Below, piece after piece: positions 12,613 to 24,763 of a DNA stretch of 64,000 nucleotides (within the stretch, counting starts at the first letter, position 1; each line of letters begins with the position of its first letter). Origin of the DNA: Eremomyces bilateralis CBS 781.70. Lineage: Eukaryota. Location: NCBI GenBank assembly GCA_010015585.1, contig ML975158.1. The stretch is one strand, 5' to 3'. The notes under the pieces are model-generated. The model saw nothing but the letters and a program-made list of their open reading frames with translations, had not been told where the DNA came from and did not search any database. A program made the translations under genes and the position numbers.

Positions 12613-13404
12613 ATGCCGAAATATAAGTCTCCCCTCCCTTCTCCTCGATCGCTACTAACAACCTGCACTCTTCTGTAGGTGTTCTCCCACGACGGCGACG
12701 CGATATTCTAACCCACGCAGGCGACTACTGCGATGTCTACCTCACCCACGACTCCATGAGCGTCCGCAAAGCCCATAACAGCGGTCGCAACCACCTCCGC
12801 AACGTCGTCGACTACTACAACCGTGCGTCCCTCCCTCCGCCCTTCACCGCCTTGTCGCGATTGCTAACACCTCCGCGCGCAGAAATCGGCCAGGAGCAAG
12901 CCCAAACCGTCATCGACTCCATCACAAACTCCTACGCCGCAGAAGGCCAACAGGCCTCGAATCCCCTCCTCCAAGCCCCCGGCGGCCTCGCCGGTGTCGG
13001 TCCCAGCGCAGGAGGTTTCCCACCACCCTTCTCCTTCCCCGGTATGCTCCCCCCCTCTCTCTATGTTTCCTATCTAACGTCACCCAGGTCACCCAGGTAT
13101 GCCACCCCCTCCCTTCGGAATGCCCCCCGGTCCCGGCGGCTCGCACCCGAACCTCCCGCCGAACCTTCCCTTCCCACCCCCGAACATGCCGCCGGGCGCA
13201 CTACCCTTCCCGCCGCCGTTCCCGCCCAATAGCGCGGGGTCGCCGGGCGCGGGGATGCCGTTCCCGCCGCCGCCGGGCGGGCTGCCGCCGGGGTTCCCGA
13301 TGCCGCCGAATATGGGGATGGGAGGGCCGGGGATGCCGCCGGGGTTTCCGCCGGGGATGATGGGAGGGCAGCAGCAGCAGCAGCAGGGGCCGCCGGGGTC
13401 ATGA
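12613..13404 (+). CDS. YHC1: U1 small nuclear ribonucleoprotein C (Yhc1/SNRPC)
   Basis: Exons 12613-12622, 12669-12674, 12721-12822, 12883-13041 and ~13088-13404 give [38 protein letters not shown] (matrin-type Zn finger) plus a Pro/Gly/Met-rich tail. Confidence 0.95.
12623..12668 (+). other. Non-canonical AT-AC spliceosomal intron with U2-type signals
   Basis: Starts ATAAGT, has a TACTAAC branch site at 12653-12659 and ends TGCAC. Its removal together with the GT-AG intron 12675-12720 restores MPKFFCDYC. Confidence 0.85.
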
Positions 13405-13753
13405 GGTGGATGGGGGATTGGGTAAGGATGAATATCACTTGGGGTGGATGCCGCGAGGCGGGGGAATCGTGCCGTCGAGAGGAGAGGGAAGGATGGGTTG
13501 TCGAGATGGCGACGTGAGCACGATATGTATCAGGTTGTACCAAACAGGGACCCTGCGCGCGGTGATACGACGGGCAGGCGCAGAAGGATGCCACAATGCG
13601 AACCATATGCTGGAGATGCAGTGGAGATGGGCTGAAAGCAAAGGGTCTCAACCCCCTTCATTAACACCAGCAGACCACGAATCTGCAAAGAACCCTAATC
13701 TTACGAACCCCCAAATAATACAACCACTTCCAAGCAAACTGACAGAGAAAACC

Positions 13754-14247
13754 CTACAACCCCCCCTCCCTCAACTTCTCCCTCACCAACACATTCGCCA
13801 CCGGCGGGCTCGGCCCCTGCTGGACCCCCTGCCGCGCGTAATCCTCCATCGTCAAATTCACCCACAGTACCTCCCCCCGCTGCTCCTCCGACACCGCCGC
13901 CTTCACCTGCGCCACCTCCTCGTCGGGGATCCCGCCGCCAAAGATCACCGCCTTGGGGGTACGCAGCGGCTCGTTGGCGGCGGCGCGGGCGGCGTTAGTG
14001 CCGAGGGTGGATGCGGGGGAAGGGGGGGTAAGGGTGAGGATGAGGGGGATTTCGTGGAGGGCGGTAGGGAGGTCTAGGATGATGTGGACGACTGCGGGGG
14101 ATTAGATTTTGGCGGAGTTGATGGTGGGGAAGGGGTAGTTTTGCGGGTGGGTAGGGACATACCGTCGTATTCTGGAAGTAGCAGCTTTTGAATCGCCGTC
14201 GCGATCTCTGCCCTTCGTCCATACGTGACGACGGGGATTGACTCCAT
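13754..14247 (-). CDS. Small hypothetical protein (2 exons)
   Basis: MESIPVVTYGRRAEIATAIQKLLLPEYD|VVHII...KAVIFGGGIPDEEV. A GTATGT...CAG intron joins the ORFs in frame. Confidence 0.7.
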
Positions 14248-14993
14248 CTTCGGTGCTCCGGTCCGGATAAATCGTCGAGTTAGGGGCTGATGATATCGGA
14301 TCGTGAAACTGCGGGCGGAAAGGTAGCCGGTTTGACGGAGGATGTTCATGAAAATCACTAGACGATGATAATTGAATAGTCAACTGTTGGCCAATTCAAG
14401 TAGACAATCAGTAGTAATGTCAATTATATATATACTAATTCGGTGTTAGCGTCCTTAAATACGAGCCTCGCGGTGAGGGGTTTGGGGCCGATTTCTAATT
14501 CGGACCTAGATTCGAACAAGAGCTGATGACGGGTTCTGGATTCTAGAGCTTTGTAAACGAACTGGAGCTCATCCCGGCATTCGAAACCAATACTGAGCTC
14601 TGAGAAGCATGTCTCAGTCTCGGCCTCGGTCTCGGTCTTGCGGACGAAGCGAATTAATTTGGGGAAGGTAAATTCGCCTTTGAAGCTTCGACTGGGAGAC
14701 GACGTCATTCATGGATTTCCATCGCATGTTCAAAAAGGTAGTATATAAATGTACTGTACTAGGGTAGGTACAGGTATTCTTCACTCTAGAGGAGGGTATA
14801 TACAAGCCGTCTCCTCTCATCCCTCCCCCCAACTGAACCACATCCCTGAAGATGGTTAAGCTCATGGATCTTCAAGACATCGAGCGGAAAGCCGCTATGT
14901 ATGTGTAAAAGTCTTCGCTCAAGAGAATCAAAAAGTCGTGCGTATCATAACGTCGTGATGGCCACCCATCTATCTCCATGTTTACATCCCCGC

Positions 14994-17900
14994 TCACCTC
15001 TTCCCCCAACCCCACCCCCACGATCCCGACGCATACCCCGTTCCACTACCACTCCCACTCCCAGCACTCCCCTCCTTCCGCTCCTCCGGCGGCGTAAACG
15101 TTCCCACGCTCACCGCCCCCCTCACATGCCCATCCCTTCCCACCCCCACAGACCCCACGTCCGCCGTCATCGCCTTCCGCAGCGCGTTGAATTTCTGCCG
15201 CATCTCGTCCACCTCCGCCTGCGCCGCCGCCTCCGACGCCTTGCGGTTCGCGAGCTCGCTGACCGCGTAGGATTCGGCGGCGCGCGTATTCTCGAGTTCG
15301 GTTTTGAGGCGGTTGAGCTCGGTGAGGAGGGCTTCGGGGTTGAGGAGGGAGGAGGTGCGGGGGGGACGGGCGTCGTTGGGGGTGGTGGATGTAGGGCTGG
15401 AGGGGACGGGGACGGGGTCAGTAGGGGAGGACGGGGTGGCGAGTGATGCGGTGCTGGATCGACCGAGTTGGAATGGGCGGAGACCGGATTTAGGGCCGGT
15501 GGTGGTTTGGCGCTTCATGGCTGCGGTCTCCTTGATGCTGGAGTTGGAGGCGCGCCGGGCGTCGGAAATCAGGCGCTCGCGGTCCGCTTTGAGTTCTCGG
15601 ACCGTGGCTTGGAGTTTCTCGTTTTGCGCGCTGCTGTTCTTGTATAGGTCGCGGCAGCGGTTGAGGTCATCCTTGAGGCTGGACGCTTCGGTGGTTCGGG
15701 TGGAGAGTTCGGCCATGGCGCCTCGGAACTCGTGTTCCACAGCTTCGATCCGCTCCGTTGCGGTGGCCAATTGAACGGTGAGATCCTGGGAACGAACCAT
15801 TTCGTTGGAGAGGGCATCGCGGGTGCGGGAAAGGCTTGTCGTAAGTTCCTCCTTGGTTTCATGCATGGAGACGCGGTGGGATGACTCGGTTGCCGCAATG
15901 CGTGCTGCGGCAGCCTCGATCAGAGAAAGAAGATGCGGTGTCAACGGAGACGCAAGCTGAGTTGGTGGTGGTGCTAGTCGTTTCGGAGGACTCGGTGCGG
16001 TGGTCAAAGATTGAAGTGACGGGATTGATAGAAGGGATGATATTGCGCTGGATGATTTCGAGCGTGCATGGGAAGGGGCTGCGGACGTCGGAGGGGCAAT
16101 GTCGTTGAAGCCGTCCACAATATCCTTCATCACTCGGCGATCCTCCTCCCGCTCTTCTCGCTCCCGTTGTAGTTCCAACGCAAGGGAAGAATGAGAGACC
16201 TGCATTTCCCCCAGCGCTTTGAGAAGATCCTCAATCTGCGTATGATAGGCTTTGTCTTTCTCGGTAGCGGCCATCTTGCCGGCAGACTCTTTTGATTTCG
16301 TCTGCTTCAAGGTTTCCCCGCTAGACTCTATATCCGAAAGCCGTTCAGATTGTTCAGTGATAGCGGTGCTCGCAAGACTCGTGACGCTGTCAGAATTGGA
16401 AGAGGTCGCCTCGAATGAATTCAAAGTCGAGGCCAAGCTCTGTTTCGAAGGTGTCCTTTGCAAGTAGCTGCTGGGCCGCGATGGCGCGGTCAGCCCGGGA
16501 GAGAGGGAAGAGGATTTATTAGAAGACCATAACCGGCCTAGGAATCGGGTAGCTGATGCCTGAGCTTCGGGGACATATCCTGCTGATGTACTACGCTTCT
16601 GCGCTTCGGTAAACGAGGACTCCAAGGCGGTTAATGACTCTCGAGTCACGGCGCTGGAGAAGCCGACAAAATCCGCAACTAGCTCATCCGCAGATTGAGC
16701 ATTGAGGCCGTATGAATCCCACAGTTGACGGGAAAGGAGGAGGTGCATGACATCTTCAAACTCTGAAGAGCCTAGAATCTTTGCTTCGTTCCGTTGCATG
16801 ATTGCTAGGGCAACCCGCATGATGGTTTCACTAGCACCTTCGGCAAAGATGACGTCGTATATCCGGAAGAGTAACGGAAGCGGGCAGGTGACGGCGAAAA
16901 ATGACAGGAACCATTGTGACAGATACGATCCTTCAACCTGCAGTTTGTGGAGATGTGCAGCGAGCTTCGGAAGATGCTGCTCGAGCAAGCACTGGAACTG
17001 ATAGATCCGCAGATGCAGACCAGAAAGATCGGGAAGAAAGCAAGCACGCAGGTCATAGTCTTCCATGAGCCTAACAGGGATCAGCATGAGGATAGAAGCT
17101 CAAGACAAAGGATACATACCGGACCAAGACACAGAACGCATCTCTCTCTCCCATCTGCATCAACAGAGGGCCAACAAGGAACCCCAAACCTTGACAATAC
17201 CCAATCTTCTCATCATAGAGACTGAAGCACTTCAAGACGCGACCCAGCATTCTCTGGCCTTCGCCATTCGCCTCGCGGAACATCTCCACCCCAGGAAAGC
17301 TTCGCCCGATGTCTTTCCCAATCATGTTCTCATAGGGGCTGGATTCGCCGCATAGACGATCGAAGGCATCCTCCAACACCTTGTCCGCGGCCCCCGCCAT
17401 GCTGACCCATACAACGCCTCGGAGGGGAGCGGGGATACCGCTTCGGACTTTGTTGGCTGTGAGGGTTGGCAGACGCTGTGCGGTGTTCGGGTAATCTTGG
17501 ACTAGGGCGGCCCAGAATTCGAGTTCGGTCATTTGCGGTGTGGGAAGCTGGGAGAGTCGGATGGAGGCCGGCCGATTGTTGAGGACCAACTTTTTGAGTT
17601 GTTGCACCGACGCAGGTCGGGAATTTTTGCGTAACCGATCTTTCGTCCGCACGGTAGCTTTTGGATCATTTGCGAGGGAGTTATTCTCCTGCTCCAATCG
17701 AGCGAGCAGCATAGCGACGTGCTGCAGTACCGTTAGCGATATGGACTCAACTGCTCTCCAACCTGCACGTACATCATCAGAACCTTCATCTTGCGCCTCC
17801 TTCTCTTCCGACTTATCCAGAGCATCCCAGTCCACAGGATTGCTAGACTTGGAGCTGTTCGTGCTACTACGCGAGCGTATTGACACCTCTATTGACTCAA

Positions 17901-18210
17901 CCGACCCATCCAAAGTGTCGACTGGAGAAGGGTGGGCCTCCTCTCCCCCTTCCTCTTTGGAATCCAGCTCTTGTTGTAGATTGTTCATTAGGTCTAGCGA
18001 GCTCGGACGGGACGCTGGGGAGTCGGGAGGTGGGGAAGTGATGGTATCGGGCGACCCAGGAACCGACAAGATGATCGGAGGAGGGTCGTCGAGCGTTTCG
18101 CGGGTCGAACTGGCCTCCGACAGGCTGACGGTCACCATTGAATCGGTCGGTAATGGTTTACTATCCGGTCGGGGTCTCGGAGCGTTGCTATGTGCTTCAT
18201 TTTCCTCCAT
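14994..18210 (-). CDS. GYP5: TBC-domain Rab GTPase-activating protein (Gyp5-like) with coiled-coil C-terminus
   Basis: GIPAPLRGVVW, IGKDIGRSFP, IGYCQGLGF and SQWFLSFFA TBC motifs. Two introns. Confidence 0.88.
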
Positions 18211-19606
18211 CTTGCCCGGTCCCGACGGGGACGTGTTTATATACTATGCTCGCTTATATGGCGCGAGTTAGATGCAAATGAGGGTTCTGCATGCGTGTGT
18301 AGAGACCACTGCCAATGTCAATGATGGACAGCTTCCAGGACAGGATGTATATAAGGAGGGATAATAAAGGAAGGACCAGTATGTCGGATGCCTAGGAAGA
18401 CGTAGAGCACTGATTATGGTAATGACTGATATCGCACAGCGACAAACGCGAGGAGGGAGAACGAGCAGCACGCGGTCCTGACGTCCTAAACATCAACAAG
18501 AGGGGTGGGATGGTTTCAAAAGGATTGTGATCTGCCTAGAGACTGAGGACGCGTATGAAGTTGACGCAGGATGTCTCTCTCTCGGGAAGGCAGCACCCAA
18601 AAGGAGCTTAATGACAGGCAGACAATCGAATTGAGCAAATCAATCGAGTTGCCTTGGGGTAAAAACTTCAAAGAATGGCGAAGGCGAGATCGATTACCGA
18701 TCACCAAAGGATAAGACACGACGAAACCCCCGGTATGGATTGTGAAGACACCAAGACATGAAGAAAGAGGAGAAAGCGCTGAAGATTGCGGTATATCGAA
18801 GATGACCAGGGCGAACGACTGGGGATCCTCGTTTCAATGCCCTAAGGATGGCCCGGTTCAGGAGAAGGTGAAGCTTGGGGGTTTGGAGCGGACGCTATCA
18901 CTCTTTTGGTGTCTCGGATCTCTTTGGGTCTGTTCTGGAGGTAAGACGACCGCCACTCACCCAATCAGCCTGGACCCTCAAATGAAGCGAAGGATCGACG
19001 GGGCATTTCGGTTGCATGTTCATTGGGTCTGATTGGATGATTGGTGAAGAAGAGACTCCTTCAATAATCAATATTATGGACAATTCAATATCGGACAGAC
19101 AACGGAAACGACAGCCGAGAGGGTGAGAATACAAACGCAGTACCGTGATGATGCGATGAACTACCCGGTGACTAATACAAAGATAGTAGCACTTGTGGGA
19201 CCAGTACGGCTGATCTCGTTGCACCGCATGCTTTAATGAGATGCTGATGTTTGAAGGCGATCCATTGTGAGGCTATTTCAACGTCGGCAATGGCGTTTAG
19301 GACTTTGGGATTCTCCCAGAGCCGATTCATGGTTAGGAAACGCCGTCTGCGTTGACCCGGCTTAGATAAATCAGATGAGCCTCAGATCGAGTCATGACTG
19401 AAAGTGATGCATCAATGCAGCATTGGTTCATCCAAATTCTTTGTCTATCATATAAGACTCCAACTCGATCTGAGTCGACTTTGAAATCGGAATCATCCAA
19501 CTCTAAACGAGCAAACATGATATAGCCTGATGTGTTGACCCTTAGACAATGACCCGACGCCTCGCTATGATGCACATATGGCGGTGAATTCCATTACCCC
19601 CCAACC

Positions 19607-21318
19607 TCATTGCCCCGACCCCAAAAGATCCAACATCCCCTTCGTCGCCCATGCCTGCTGCGCCAACTCCACGTTCTTCCGGACCCCCTCGTACAGTGCC
19701 ATCAACATCGCGTCGATCTCCTCGCTCTGCCCCATGTGCTGCGCGTATTCGTCCAGCATGACCAGCGCGATGTCCGTGGTCAGCTTCACGTGTCGGGGGT
19801 CGTTGATCGCTCGGTTCAACCAGCGTAGTATAGGCTGTAACGTCACTTCGTCCCGGTTGGCGAGCGCGCTGCGGAGTGCCGATCGGTGGCGGAGAGCGGT
19901 GAAGAGGGTGAGGGAGTCGGTTTTGGATGGGTTCTAGATCGAAGGTCAGGAACAATACGGGGGTGAATAGGACGTGAACATACCTTGGGTTCTAGCACCA
20001 CGTCAAGCGCCTTTGCGAACTCGCCACTCCGCAGAAATCCCTCCCACTCCGGCAACTTCTTCTGCTTCGACCGCACGTTGCCCTCGATGACCAGATCCGC
20101 ATCCTCGCCCTTATAATCCTTCCCGCGTATCCTCGCCTCCCACCCGCGCGTCCGCGCCTGCTTCTGCTTCTTGCGGTCGTACTCCTCGATCGTACCGGCC
20201 GCCAACGCCTCCATTTCCCGCTTCTTCTCCTTCTCGCGCGCCTTTTCTTTGCCCGCGGTACGCGTGCGGATGGACAGCAGCCCGGACTGGAGCCCGACCG
20301 CCAGATGATGGTCTTCGCCATTGCTGGCCGGCACCACGCCGACAGACAGCACCGGGGCCGGGTATTTGAACCCGGCAACGACATTCCACTGTGTCGACTC
20401 GAACACTTTGACGTGTCCGTCCAATGCACCGCTTAGGATCCGTGTGCCTCGACTCGCTGACCCTAAGCTCACTACCGTTCGTTGATGGTTCTTCAGGAGC
20501 GTGACCGGCTTGGCCGCGACAAGGTCGAGCACTGCAATTTTGCTTCCGGCAGCCGCAACCACTTGCGTCGACCCGGGCAGTGGCATGACTGACTCGACAG
20601 GATCCGACATCTTAAACGCCATAACCGCCCCACGATTCCCTGCGCCTCCTCCTACTCTCTGATCCCACACTCTCACCACCGAGTCATAACCCCCCGTGAC
20701 CCACGTATTCTGACTCTCCGTCCCCGGTGTGCCCCCTTCATCCGCCCTTAACCACTCCGCCGCCCGCACATACTCACCCCCCTGCGTCCCCCACGTCCCC
20801 ACACTACTCTCCTCGCTCAGATCCCAGATCCTCACCGTCCCATCATCGCCGGCGCTCAGCAATGTCGTCGCGCTGCGCGGATGCCATCGCGCCACGCGCA
20901 CCGCCTGCTTGTGTTCCTTCCACGTACGCAGGATCGCGCGCGATGTGGTGTCGAAGACCTGCAGGAGGGCGCTGGAGGTGCCGGCGACGACGAGGCGGGA
21001 GTCGGTCGGGCGGACGTGCGCGCTGTGGAAGGAGGCACCGGGGGCGACGCGCGCGATGGTGCGGGAGGGTTGGTGGGGGGTAGCGAAGAGGTGAATGCGG
21101 GGCGCGGTGGTGACGGCGAAGAGGGGGTTGGCGGTGCGGGAGGCGGAGGGGAGGACGGGGCTCCAGTGGGGGACGGTGATGCTGGTGACGGGGGCGGAGG
21201 AGGCAGAGGGGACGGAGATGGGGTTGCGGAAGGAGGACCAGTAGCGTTGGTCGGGGGTGAGGGGTTCGGGGCCGGCGGGGGCAGTGATGGGTTGGAGGGG
21301 GAGGACTTCGGCGGCCAT
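19607..21318 (-). CDS. UTP15: U3 snoRNP-associated WD40 protein Utp15
   Basis: QRYWSSFR N-terminus, WD40 repeats and the C-terminal UTP15 domain (LRHRSALRSALANRDEVTLQPILRWL). One intron at ~19936-19984. Confidence 0.92.
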
Positions 21319-21587
21319 GGCGAATGGATGGACTGTATCGGAAGTCTTGAATGAAGAAAGGTTGGACTAGTAGCCTGTAGGATGTTAGATTCGCGATATG
21401 TCACAAGTAGAGGGGAGTACTCACTCATTCTGAGTCGAATTTGAACGGGAAACAGTTAGGAAACACCGCAGAAACCCCTTGAAGAGTAACTCTGGCCTTA
21501 ATTCGAGCGACAAGCACAGTTTTGGATTCGTCTCGTCAAACTTAGTCAATTCTAGTGAAACGGAATAGATCTTCGTCTTCAATTTCT

Positions 21588-21643
21588 TGAAAAATTTCGA
21601 GACGTCGAAGATCCCTGTCAGTATTATCCCCTCGGTCACGTGA
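21588..21643. promoter_or_regulatory. RRPE-like motif and E-box in the divergent UTP15/MED1 promoter
   Basis: TGAAAAATTTC at 21588-21598 resembles the RRPE of ribosome-biogenesis genes. GTCACGTGA at 21635-21643 is a Cbf1/bHLH-type site. Confidence 0.5.
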
Positions 21644-21926
21644 TCAGGTGAGAGCTTGACGCGAAACACGTCTCTCAGTTTCACTTCAATATAATTTCTA
21701 CCTGTCACTTGCTATTGACCATTGACACCCGCTTTGGAACAGTGGCGGTTAGAGAACTTAAAACATGCTTAAGTTCACCATCGATCTCAGATCCTCCGCT
21801 GTTTCTCTCCAACCATGAGTCCTTCCGAATCATCAAACCGTCACATCTTTTCCCACTGATGACTTTAAAGAGCATTAACCCACAAATCCACACAATCACG
21901 ACTTAAACTCCAATCAACCACCGACC

Positions 21927-24144
21927 ATGGCGACACCCACCGCCTCCACCACCCAAAAACACCCTCCCAATGCCCCCACCCCCACCCCCATCGCCCATCT
22001 CGGCCCCTTCACCTCCCCCGCCCCCCGCAGCGTCCCCTCCCCAGCAACCCACCGCGTCGCCGGCAAATCCCCCCGCCCCATCACCACCGTACCCACGGTG
22101 GCCCCCCTCCCCGCCAACAACCCCACCGGCAGCTCCAGCCGCATCGGCAGCTCGCCCGCTCCGCACCTGCTGAACTTCGAGTCGCCGGGGCTCGGCAACC
22201 TCGCGGGCATGGACGGCGGCGTGGGCATGGGGATCACGATGAGCGGGATGAGCGGGATGGGGTTGGGGCTGGGCAGCTCGTTCGGGGGACGGGGCGACGA
22301 GGAGGAGCGGCGGCGGCGGCTGGAGGCGATGATTGCGGCGTTGGCGACGCGGCCGGGGCGGGTCGGGGAGGAGTCGTTGGAGAAGTTGGCGCAGACGACG
22401 GGATTCGCGGTGTTGTGGGATCCGCCGAAGAATGAGCCGCCAAGAAGGGGGGGTGGGAGGACATTGACGTTGGCGGGGACGAGCGTCATGGTGGATGTGG
22501 AGTTTGGAGGGGCGCAGGGGCGGAGGGGGGAGACGCAAATGCCGAAGAGGGTGACGGTGGCCTTCCCAGACGTGGAGGAACGGTGGGATATGAAGGCGGA
22601 GGAGACGGCGCGGTTGCTGCAGGACGATCTGACGCCACCGCCGGGACGGGCGGCGATGAATTGGGGATTGGAGCGGTTCGCGGGGAACCTGGAACGGCTG
22701 GCGCGGTTGGACCGGTTGAGTACGTCGAACTCGAATTGCATGGCGGCGGTGGTGGGGGTGTATAAGAGCTTGCGAACCCTTTACGAGCACGAGAAGAAGG
22801 CCGTCTTGGCCCTTCATGACACCGAGGCGGGGAAGGACGATGTGGCCGCGAGTGTCGAAGTCATTTGCAAGAAGAGCGGTCGTCCCCGACTGAACGGCGG
22901 CAAACGCGTCGGCGTATCTCTAGAATACTGGATCAACCGCCGCCATATGGCCGTCGAATCCGCACGGAAGAAAAAGGGGGAAACCACCTCCAACGACGCC
23001 ATGGACGTCGACCACCCTCCTTCCGAACCTGACTTCCCCCCCTCCACCATCCACACCCTCTCCATTGAATGCGAACCCAGCCCCCCCAACGACATCATCC
23101 GCCCCCTCCGCATCAGCGCCACCTGGCTCGCCTCCCCCATCGAACCCCCCCTCGATCACCCTAACCTCTTCCCCACCCCCACCCCCACCGTCAACTGGAC
23201 CGATCCCCCACACACCGACGCCGACGACATGGACCTCTCCACCGCAACCGACAAGCCCCCTGCCGTCCGCTTCGTCGCGAAACTTCATCCTCCCGTTGTC
23301 GTGCCGTGGCACGTCGCGCATCATCTCTATACGGCCGTCGAGGCGCCGTTCCCACCGGAGAATAGCGGTCGATGCGCACTATTCGAGGACCTCGTGGTGC
23401 AGGCGGACGCGGGGGATGCGTCGGGCGAGGGGGACGGGATGGAGGCGGTGACGACGGTGCTGACCCAAGGAGCGAGCAGAGAGACAGAGGTGCGGCACCG
23501 TAACGTGCTGAGTTCGGATCGCAGCGAGTTCGGGTTCGTGGTGGAGAGTCTGCCGTTTTCGCATCCGAAGCAGCTAGTGATGCTCCTCCCGGTACGTGCC
23601 CCCCTATCTTCATAAGTCATCCACTAACGAACGCCAGATCCTCCGCCAACATGCCCTCCTCTCCCACCTCCTCCGTACCGCCTTCCCTAACCCCACCCCT
23701 CAATCCCCACCTACCTCCGCCCCGATCAACGCCCCTCCGTCCTTCCTCTCCTCCCTCCTCACTCCCCCTACCTCACCTTCTCACGCCACCTCCGCCAACC
23801 CATCCCCATCCCCATCTTCATCGACCCCATCGCACAAAGTTGAAATCAACCTCACCCCCACCACCGTCAGCGGAAGCGCGCAGCTATCCATCAAATTCGG
23901 CGTCAGTCCCCGGGTTCCGTCAACGGGAGCAAAAGGAGAAGTGGCGCGGCGGCGCGCTATAATAGGGTTTAGCATTGAGGCGAACGCGGACGTGACGTGT
24001 GTTGGAGTAGGGGTTCCCGGGGGGAATGGGAGGGAGGGGGAGGGGGAGGGGGAGGGGAAGGAGAGGGCGGTGGGAAGGGCGTTGGAGTGGGTGGAGGATG
24101 TGGGGTTGGTGGTGGAGTGGGTGAATGGGCGGTTAGGGGGGTGA
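21927..24144 (+). CDS. MED1: Mediator subunit Med1
   Basis: MATPT start, GRVGEESLEKLA, LERFAGNLERLARLDRLS and LPFSHPKQL..LP|ILRQ, as in fungal Med1. Intron at ~23593-23637. Confidence 0.82.
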
Positions 24145-24763
24145 GAGCGAGATCGGAGATCGGAGACAATTAGGTAACGTGGCAGACGCGAGGTTTTACC
24201 TATTATATGCGACCATAGCATACGAACTCAGCGTATCATTCACATTCATCAATCGCAAGCATCGGCACATATCATGGTCTTTGGAGCACGGTTGCGTGTC
24301 ATTGGCTAGCAGATACAAAAAGAGCCCTCGAACGGCCTTGGTTCTCTCCCGCAAATGGAGAAAAAATAAATGCGACAAATGTTCAACCTGGACGATGTTA
24401 CGTCGAGGTGAAAACATGGCGGAGAAACTCCCGATCCCGATTCCTAGTGTGGACTGGGGCCGGGTGGTGATATATTGTGTGGTGTGTAGGTGTGAACTCC
24501 GAATCCTCCTCCGTCGCGGCAAAGGGGATGGAATAAAACATATGAGATCGTTGGATACCAGGGGGTTGGGTTGGAATGTCGTGATCGCAGAGGTATCGTG
24601 ATCGTTCGCTGTCTCTTCTCGCTTCCTCTCTTCCTCGGGTCATGTACAGTGTGTGTGAAGGTAGGGGGGTAGGGGAAAATAACGTGCGGAGTGTTCTAGT
24701 TGGATATCTTCGCAGTTGGAGCGGCGATGATTCTAAAGGGAAGGGAAAGGGGGAGACGACCAG

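Noticed and set aside
12623..12668. U12-type (minor spliceosome) intron or stwintron reading of the U1-C intron
   Set aside because: There is no ATATCCT donor or TCCTTAAC branch, and no nested GT-AG intron whose removal would rebuild a canonical donor.
14519..14602. Possible box C/D snoRNA (TGATGA...CTGA flanked by AGAGC/GCTCT)
   Set aside because: The C box lacks the purine, the stem register does not fit a K-turn, and I could not recognise a convincing rRNA guide.
24205..24320. 5S rRNA-like start (GCGACCATAG)
   Set aside because: The similarity stops after ~10 nt and no internal A/C boxes are seen.
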